Source: an uncultured archaeon | Lineage (GTDB): Archaea; Asgardarchaeota; Lokiarchaeia; Sigyniarchaeales; SOKP01 | NCBI GenBank assembly: GCA_964525635.1 | Contig: CAZGJX010000122.1 | Coordinates: 1 to 11,120 of the forward strand | DNA length: 11,120 bases | Reading direction: 5' to 3' | Shown: one piece after another, positions 1 through 6,274 of the stretch | Layout of the letters: every line of letters begins with the position of its first letter | Position numbering within the stretch: the first letter of the stretch is position 1 | Notes under the pieces: generated by a model | Told to the model about the DNA's origin: nothing | What the model saw: the letters and a program-made list of their open reading frames with translations, nothing else | The model's database searches: none | Made by a program: the position numbers and the translations under genes

Positions 1-86
1 CGTTTAAATACTGTCCAGATTTATCATCATTTTTGGAAACTATGACTTACCCTATCAAAGTTAATTACAATAAAATATGAATAGAA

Positions 87-269
87 ATGAAAATAACACA
101 AAAACATGGTATATCTATTTTAACAATTGTTTTAATAGGTACTATAGCGGGGTTCTCAACTTTTATGTTTCTAACAGCACCACCTAATCCCATTAGAATT
201 AATTGGACCGGTAGGACATTTCCAGCTCCTTTAATCCAAAACAGTTTTTTTTATAATTTATCAAAATAA
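87..269 (+). CDS. Possible small single-pass membrane or secreted peptide (60 aa), hypothetical
   Basis: ATG-initiated ORF with a basic N-terminus followed by one hydrophobic stretch (ISILTIVLIGTIAGFSTFMFL). No family recognised, and it may be a remnant or spurious. Confidence 0.4.
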   Translation: MKITQKHGISILTIVLIGTIAGFSTFMFLTAPPNPIRINWTGRTFPAPLIQNSFFYNLSK

Positions 270-338
270 TATTAATATTCTAATGTATATATTGATAAAA
301 TGGATTTAAAGTCTAAAATAACAAAAAATAGATAATAT

Positions 339-941
339 GTGAAAGATATGGATTCTTATAGTATATTACCTAATGTAGAAATTAAACCATTAGGAGAAAT
401 ATCAAAAAAATTTTTAGAATTGGGAATTAAGTCATTTAGAGATGCATGTAGTTATGTACATAATAAAGATTATGGTTATAATACAAATTATGACGATAAA
501 ATGATCTTTTTCAAGGAGAATAAAGGGACTTGTACAACTAAACATGCGGTTATAGCAGGTCTAGCAGAAGAGTTAAGTATACCTATCTTTAAATATGTGG
601 GAGTGTTTAAATTTACTGAAGAGATTTCAAATGGGGTTGATGAAATTCTAGAAAAATATAATGTACCATATATACCAATGGTTCACTGTTTTTTAATTTA
701 CAAAGATTATAAATTTGACCTTACAGAGGGAAATAATAATGGAAAAAAGAAAACTATTAATGATTTTATTTATGTAAAAAAGGTAGATCCTTTTATCAGT
801 AGAAAGAATGAATATTTATTATTTAAGAAAGTTTTAGAGGAAATTATTTTACCAAGTAATGAAATGAAAGGAATAAATGAGAGATCCATATTAAAAGCAA
901 GAGAAGAAAGTATTAAGCTATTAAAAAGAATTATTGAATAA
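339..941 (+). CDS. Hypothetical protein with a transglutaminase-like/papain-fold Cys-His-Asp signature
   Basis: 200-aa ORF (GTG start, alternative ATG at 348). Motif KGTCTTKHAVIAGLAEEL places Cys at a helix start, and PMVHCFLIYKDYKFDLT places His then Asp on beta-strands, the order typical of transglutaminase-like cores. The fold call is inferred from motifs only. Confidence 0.6.
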   Translation: MKDMDSYSILPNVEIKPLGEISKKFLELGIKSFRDACSYVHNKDYGYNTNYDDKMIFFKENKGTCTTKHAVIAGLAEELSIPIFKYVGVFKFTEEISNGVDEILEKYNVPYIPMVHCFLIYKDYKFDLTEGNNNGKKKTINDFIYVKKVDPFISRKNEYLLFKKVLEEIILPSNEMKGINERSILKAREESIKLLKRIIE

Positions 942-960
942 TAAATTCTCAGTTAATCCA

Positions 961-2541
961 TTATATTAAACTTTTTCCAACAACACTTTTATGAGGGCTC
1001 TTTCCTATTAGATTTAATAATGTTGGTACGATATCTGTGATTTTACAATAAGATAATTCTTTTTTTGGTATGTCATCAGATCCAGAGATAATTAAAGGAA
1101 TAATAGAACTCTCTCTACTTCCAATATCATGTTTAAATAGATCATTACTCTTCTTTTTTCCATGTTCAATGTTATATACAATGTTTCCATTTGTACTCAA
1201 GATTATATCTGCACTTCTTGGATTTTTAAAATGTCTACAAATAAGATCGGGATATAAAGGATAATCTAAATGATGGGTTGATTCCAACCATTCATCTATT
1301 GTGTGATATTTTCCATCCAACATTTTTAATGCTCTCTCATCTTCATAATATCCAAAGATATCCTTTTGATTGTCATTTTCAGGAATATATCTTGAAGTCA
1401 TATTCTTACCAGAACCCTTATACTCTATAATTCCTTTAAGTATTTTATGATCTTTTCCTAATTTTCTTCTTAAAAATACTTTTCCTTTATTATAATCATT
1501 ATTATCATTATCATTATAGTACATTAAACGAGTTCCATCAATTTTAAACAATTTATTAAGGAGATTTATATTTTTTGGCCCATAGTTTTCTAGTTTAGAT
1601 AATGAGGGATGCGTCCATGAATGATTAAAATTACTATTATTCTTACCTTTAAAATTAAAGAATCCTACACCACCAAATTCAGAAATATTAATATTTCCTT
1701 TAATGTTTTTTCGTGGATGGTAATGATTTAATCCTAAATTTTTGACGATATGATTTAGCTCTCCAACTTTATTAGCCTTATAATTACCATGATCAGAAGT
1801 AATAGCTATTGCTGTTTCATTTAGAAAGCCCATTTTTTCTAATTCATCAATTAATCGTCCTATTACAGAATCTATATGTAAAAGATTTAATTTATACCTT
1901 TTATCATCACTACCAAATTTATGTAATAGAATATCTGGGCTCATAAACCATATCATTGAACATATTGGGGGTTCTTTTAGACTAAAGTATTTTCTTGGGT
2001 GTTTAAAATTATCTAATAATTTATTGATTACAGTATTATTCGCTCGTGCCATGGTCTTTGAAATATTAAGAGAATTATTTATATACAAATAAAATAATAC
2101 CAATTTTAGTTTATTTTCTGGAAAAAAATAATCTGCTCCTCTATTAATGAATTGAGTAATACTTGATTTATTCCCATTATCTATCATTTCAAATAAGGTT
2201 TGACAATTTTTCCCTAAATCTTTATTCATCCGCATGATATCCAACCTATTTGAACCATATGACCTCAGATATGGTGGTGAATAATCTCTACCCATCCAAT
2301 TATAAAGTGGAACACCATGACATAATTCATTTTTAAAATCACCCGTATAAGTCCCTGTAATTATTGAAACTTGTGTAGGATAAGTAATCGAGGGAAAATC
2401 AGTCACACAATTTTTTGAATATATCCCTCCTTCCATCAATCTTTTAAAATTTGGAAGTAATCCTCTCTTAATAAAAGAGAAAAATTGATTTGAACGTATA
2501 TCATCAATTATACATAAGATAATTCTGTTTAATTTATTCAT
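961..2541 (-). CDS. Alkaline phosphatase superfamily protein (type I phosphodiesterase/nucleotide pyrophosphatase-like)
   Basis: 526 aa. Metal-binding and catalytic motifs occur in the expected order: LCIIDD, FPSITYPTQVSIITG (Thr nucleophile), DILLHKFG, AITSDHG, a late His (KHD) and a C-terminal DIVPTLLNLIG...GKSL. No signal peptide is visible. Confidence 0.88.
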   Translation of the reverse strand: MNKLNRIILCIIDDIRSNQFFSFIKRGLLPNFKRLMEGGIYSKNCVTDFPSITYPTQVSIITGTYTGDFKNELCHGVPLYNWMGRDYSPPYLRSYGSNRLDIMRMNKDLGKNCQTLFEMIDNGNKSSITQFINRGADYFFPENKLKLVLFYLYINNSLNISKTMARANNTVINKLLDNFKHPRKYFSLKEPPICSMIWFMSPDILLHKFGSDDKRYKLNLLHIDSVIGRLIDELEKMGFLNETAIAITSDHGNYKANKVGELNHIVKNLGLNHYHPRKNIKGNINISEFGGVGFFNFKGKNNSNFNHSWTHPSLSKLENYGPKNINLLNKLFKIDGTRLMYYNDNDNNDYNKGKVFLRRKLGKDHKILKGIIEYKGSGKNMTSRYIPENDNQKDIFGYYEDERALKMLDGKYHTIDEWLESTHHLDYPLYPDLICRHFKNPRSADIILSTNGNIVYNIEHGKKKSNDLFKHDIGSRESSIIPLIISGSDDIPKKELSYCKITDIVPTLLNLIGKSPHKSVVGKSLI

Positions 2542-2716
2542 ATAAGGAAAGACAAATTTTAATTGTAAAAACTCGTATTAGATTTAGTTTCATATACAAA
2601 ATTAACTTTCGTAAAAAAAAAATAATCTAAATCTTATCAATTTCACTTTGTTACCAGTGTCATTTATATTATGAAGAGTTTTTGTTATAATCATAATTCA
2701 TTAAATTACGTTTGTT

Positions 2717-4120
2717 ATGATTGAAAAGAACAATATTGACCAAGTTGATTCAATAATTGATATACTCAATAATGATAAAAAAAAAATCTCGCGGAATGAA
2801 CGTTTATTTCAAATAGATTTTATGAAAGTAATGTGTATTATTTTTGTTATAGCATCACATGCTGATTATGGATTTCTTTTATTTCCAATATGGAATTTCA
2901 TTCCTCCTGTACAATTATTTATCATTATTATGGGATTTAACCAAGCTTATTCATTTAAAAAACGAAATCTTCATAAATTAAGTGAATTATATTCATATGA
3001 ATATGTAAAGAAAATATTTTGGAGATTCTTATTCCCTCTCATTCTTCTAAATATTATTTGTTTTTTAATGGATTTTATGGTTTTTGAAATAACTTCATAT
3101 CATATTTTTGGGTGGAGTGAAACAGAGCTTGGTTTTATAAGTTGGGGTGGGACAAATCTTGATCCTAATTCATACACTAATGTTAATTTCTATTATCTAT
3201 TATTAGGTGCTCCATTTTTCCCCGGACCTGGTAGTTATTTTATTGTACTTATAATCCAATTCGCACTCATCTTTCCTCTCATTTATAAATTATTTGATAA
3301 AAATCCGATATTAGGATTAATTTCTTGTTATATAATAGAATTATCTTTTCAATTAATAGCAAATTATATTCCCTTTGGTGGGCTCCACTTTCTTTTTTCA
3401 GGATGCGTTTTAAGATTTTTATCTGCTATAGCTTTAGGAGTATGGTTTATATATAATTCTGATTTATTTTCTAAGCATAATTTATTCGTTATACTTCTAA
3501 CTCCCTTAAGCATATTCTTGATGTTATTCACTCATAATCATCTGCTGCATCTATTTCCTGCTTCTTTCTTTAATCCCGATATTTTTAATCCTATGTTTTA
3601 TACTCCTGATAATTATGGTCTAAGATTTTTCAATACTTTTCCTTGGTGGGCAAATACTAATTTATTTATGTATTTCTACCCCGCACTTGTTTTTCTTATT
3701 TTTATGAAAGTTTTACCTTCTAAATTGAATGAAAATAATCCCATTTCTCAAAAAACTGAAAATTTCTTCAAATCATTCTCTAAAATTACATATCACATCC
3801 TTTTAGTACAAACAGTCTTTTTCATGGTATCTATACCTTTATCATCAACTTATTGGGATCGTCTTATGATTCCTGAGGATATATTTGATACTATTGTTGA
3901 ACCAATTAGGGCAGGTATTACTAATGTAAACTTACTAAGCTCTCAAAGGTTTATTTCATATGCAATTGCTAAAACTTTCTTTTATATAGTCATAGTTGCT
4001 ATTGTTATTGCTATTGCTCTATGTTTTTATCTATTTGAATCAGGTTTACGAAAAGGATTTAAAAAAATTGGATTATCTCTAAAGCATATGAAAAAACCTA
4101 AGGAAAAATTCAATCTATAA
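2717..4120 (+). CDS. Acyltransferase family 3 (OafA/AT3-like) integral membrane protein
   Basis: 467 aa with about 10-11 hydrophobic segments. The N-terminal RLFQIDFMKVMCIIFVIASH contains the AT3 R/K-X10-H motif, followed by VQLFIIIMGF, an RFLFP segment, SYFI and a late SKITYHILLVQ, all typical of AT3. Confidence 0.82.
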   Translation: MIEKNNIDQVDSIIDILNNDKKKISRNERLFQIDFMKVMCIIFVIASHADYGFLLFPIWNFIPPVQLFIIIMGFNQAYSFKKRNLHKLSELYSYEYVKKIFWRFLFPLILLNIICFLMDFMVFEITSYHIFGWSETELGFISWGGTNLDPNSYTNVNFYYLLLGAPFFPGPGSYFIVLIIQFALIFPLIYKLFDKNPILGLISCYIIELSFQLIANYIPFGGLHFLFSGCVLRFLSAIALGVWFIYNSDLFSKHNLFVILLTPLSIFLMLFTHNHLLHLFPASFFNPDIFNPMFYTPDNYGLRFFNTFPWWANTNLFMYFYPALVFLIFMKVLPSKLNENNPISQKTENFFKSFSKITYHILLVQTVFFMVSIPLSSTYWDRLMIPEDIFDTIVEPIRAGITNVNLLSSQRFISYAIAKTFFYIVIVAIVIAIALCFYLFESGLRKGFKKIGLSLKHMKKPKEKFNL

Positions 4121-4226
4121 GAAATTATCTTTTTGTAGGATCATTTTAAGAAAAATAATATCTTTATATTTTGAATGTTTAAATCTAATTTCGTGAATAT
4201 GATCCTAAAAAATAATAATTACTTAT

Positions 4227-5339
4227 TTGAATGATAAATTAAATATACCAAGAATGAATGAAAACTCAGTTTCTGAATGGAATGAAAAAGGTGTTATTTA
4301 TGATGATGAAGGTAAACATGATAAAGCGATCAAATGTTTTAAGAATGCACTAAAAATCAACTCAAAAGATATAGACACATGGAATAATCTGGGTATTGCA
4401 TACGATAATAAAAAAGAATATCATAAAGCAATAAACTCTTATAAAAAAATCCTAAAAATAGATCCAAATAATGCAATTGCTTTATATAATTTGGGAAATG
4501 CTTATAATAACAATGAGAAATTGGGAAAAGCTATTGAATGTTATGAAAAAGCATTGAAGATTGACTCTAATTACATATCTGCTTGGAATAATCTAGGTCT
4601 TATTTATAATAATAAATATAACGAATATAATAATGCAATCGATTGTTATGAAAATATAATAAAAATTAATTCAGAGGATTTTAAAGTATGGTTTAATTTG
4701 GGTGTTGCTTATGCTTCCAAATTAGAAAATGTCAAAGCAATTGAATGTTATAAAAAATCAATAGAAATCAATGAGTTCTATTTACCTTCTTGGAATAATC
4801 TTGGTGCAATTTATGATAACTTAGGAAAATACGATAAAGCAATTGATTGTTATAAATATACTATTAAACATAATAAAGATTATACTTCTGCATGGAACAA
4901 TTTAGGAGGAACTTATTCTCATAAAAAAGAATATCATAAAGCCCTTGAGTGTTATAAAAAAGCATTAGAAATAGATCCATATGATATTAAAATATGGTAC
5001 AATATGGGAACTGATTATATAAATATTGAAGAAGATGATAAAGCAATTGAATGGTTTAAAAATGTGTTAAAGATTGACTCAAATTTCATTGATTCATGGC
5101 ATAAAATGGGAATGGCATATCATAATAAAGAAGAATTTACTAGTGAGATTGAATGTTATAAGAAAGCATTAAAAATAGATCCAATTAGGATTGATATTTG
5201 GATTAATTTAGCTAATAGCTATGAACATTTGCAAAATAATAAGAAAGCGATTGAGTGTTATAACAAAGTCATTCAACTAGATCCAGATAATAATATTGCT
5301 AAAGAAAAAGTAAATCATTTGGAGAAAGAAGATCCTTAG
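4227..5339 (+). CDS. Tetratricopeptide repeat (TPR) protein with about 10 tandem repeats and no other domain
   Basis: Ten ~34-aa units of the consensus W-x-N-L-G-x-x-Y...KAIECYxKALxIDP. The track start is TTG, and the in-frame ATG at 4254 is an alternative start. Confidence 0.95.
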   Translation: MNDKLNIPRMNENSVSEWNEKGVIYDDEGKHDKAIKCFKNALKINSKDIDTWNNLGIAYDNKKEYHKAINSYKKILKIDPNNAIALYNLGNAYNNNEKLGKAIECYEKALKIDSNYISAWNNLGLIYNNKYNEYNNAIDCYENIIKINSEDFKVWFNLGVAYASKLENVKAIECYKKSIEINEFYLPSWNNLGAIYDNLGKYDKAIDCYKYTIKHNKDYTSAWNNLGGTYSHKKEYHKALECYKKALEIDPYDIKIWYNMGTDYINIEEDDKAIEWFKNVLKIDSNFIDSWHKMGMAYHNKEEFTSEIECYKKALKIDPIRIDIWINLANSYEHLQNNKKAIECYNKVIQLDPDNNIAKEKVNHLEKEDP

Positions 5340-5507
5340 ATAAATAATAAGTCTTATTTATAAAAACAATCTTGAGTTATTTATTCACTATTAAAATGAA
5401 GTCTACATTTCTTGTACTAATAATTTTATAAATAATTTTAGAGCTTAATAATTGATTATTTAGGTGAAAAGAGACAAATAATTGTGAAAATAAAGCCTCT
5501 GGAGGGA

Positions 5508-5537
5508 TTTTCATGACACTACTAAGAGTAATGGCAC
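5508..5537 (-). other. tRNA intron in the T-loop (position 59/60) with a strict bulge-helix-bulge motif
   Basis: Outer helix GAGGG/CCCTC, central 4-bp helix TTCA/TGAA, 3-nt bulges AA^G and AA^T, and inner hairpin TGCCATTACT/AGTAGTGTCA (one mismatch, one G-U pair). Cleavage after the second bulge nucleotide regenerates the T-loop TTCAAAT. Confidence 0.92.
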
Positions 5538-5573
5538 TTTGAACCCTCGACCTTCTGATTACAAGTCAGATGC

Positions 5574-5603
5574 TTAATCCTACAAGTAGATACTAATTGT
5601 AGT
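5574..5603 (-). other. tRNA intron in the D-arm (30 nt; junction between 21/22 and 23/24) with a relaxed BHB-like motif
   Basis: A 30-nt excess in the D arm with inner hairpin CTACAA/TTGTAG. The best BHB-like register has bulges TA^A and AA^G around a weak GGTA/GATT helix. The alternative boundary 5576-5605 would give a perfect D stem (GCTT/AAGC), so the exact junction is uncertain by 2 nt. Confidence 0.8.
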
Positions 5604-5707
5604 TATACCGCTAAGCCACAGAGGCAAAAAAAACCATTATTAAATAATAAAAAATCGGATTAATTTTTAATTTTGCGGTTTTGGACATAAAACAATCCAA
5701 CACAAAT

Positions 5708-5717
5708 AATTATATAG
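5708..5717 (+). promoter_or_regulatory. Candidate TATA box for the 5779 ORF
   Basis: AATTATATAG lies about 60-70 bp upstream of the TTG start, in the region diverging from the tRNA. The AT-rich background makes this weak evidence. Confidence 0.3.
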
Positions 5718-5778
5718 CTAAATTACTTTCATATTAATCAATAAGAGAATCAATAAAATAGAAAATTATTTTACAAAA

Positions 5779-6120
5779 TTGCCGACTAAAGAAGAAATTA
5801 CCGAGTTAGCATATAGGCGTTATAAAAGCGGAGAATCATATGATAAAAGCATATGGTATCTAGCTTATTATACATTAAAAATCAATAAGAATATTAAGAA
5901 TGGAGGATCAATTGAACCATTAGAAACTGATAACCTTATTTTATTATTACATGATAATATTAATGGTATATTAATTGAACCCTCAGAGGAAGAAATTAAA
6001 GAATTGGCAGAAGAGCTCTATCATTATCGGCCTGAAAAAAGTAAATTACATTGGTTCATTGCGGAAAAACTCTTATTATTAGGAGAAATAGAGGTTATAT
6101 TAAATATTAAGAGAACCTAA
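5779..6120 (+). CDS. Small helical protein with two DUF2934-like repeats
   Basis: 113 aa, TTG start. An internal duplication is visible: PTKEEITELAYRRY...WYLAYYTL and PSEEEIKELAEELY...WFIAEKLL. It resembles the DUF2934 pattern (EEIxxxAYxxW/Y...WxxAE). The family call is from recall. Confidence 0.65.
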   Translation: MPTKEEITELAYRRYKSGESYDKSIWYLAYYTLKINKNIKNGGSIEPLETDNLILLLHDNINGILIEPSEEEIKELAEELYHYRPEKSKLHWFIAEKLLLLGEIEVILNIKRT

Positions 6121-6274
6121 TATTACCATAATTTAAATAATAAATTTTTAATTCCTCTCTTTATTTTAGCTGATAATTATTTTATTAAATAAGGAATAGA
6201 AGTTATTTTAATCCTTATTATAATAATTATTAATAGATACTATCTAAAAAGAAAAAAAAACCTAGAGTTATATT

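Larger units (their letters stand above)
5494..5625 (-). tRNA. tRNA-Thr(UGU) with two non-canonical 30-nt introns; CCA not encoded
   Basis: The minus strand reads GCCTCTG-TG-GCTT-AGCGGTA[intron 1]..AGC-A-TCTGA-CT TGT AA-TCAGA-AGGTC-GAGGG-TTCAAA[intron 2]T-CCCTC-CAGAGGC-T. It has a perfect 7-bp acceptor stem, 5-bp anticodon stem and 5-bp T stem. Anticodon TGT is at 5563-5561 and discriminator U at 5494. Removing 2x30 nt gives a standard 72-nt body. Confidence 0.95.

Noticed and set aside
3-80. Open frame from the window edge (FKYCPDLSSFLETMTYPIKVNYNKI*), possibly the 3' end of an upstream gene
   Set aside because: It is too short to support without upstream sequence.
1070-1264. 64-aa + strand ORF
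   Set aside because: It lies antisense within the well-supported AP-superfamily gene and has no recognisable motif, so it is a shadow ORF.
2580-2634. 8-bp inverted repeat AGATTTAG/CTAAATCT in the divergent intergenic region
   Set aside because: The arms are short, AT-rich and about 39 bp apart, which is compatible with chance.
4227-5339. TPR repeats as a CRISPR array or a diversity-generating retroelement target
   Set aside because: The repeats are degenerate, in-frame protein repeats. There is no repeat-spacer structure, no reverse transcriptase and no TR/VR pair with adenine-specific differences.
5587-5595. TAGATACTA shared between the D-arm intron and the palindrome upstream of polB1 (6234-6242)
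   Set aside because: A 9-bp AT-rich match is expected by chance in a window of this size.
5494-5625. Split or permuted tRNA, or tRNA pseudogene
   Set aside because: All arms are colinear in one locus with intact stems and conserved nucleotides, and cis introns explain the extra sequence.
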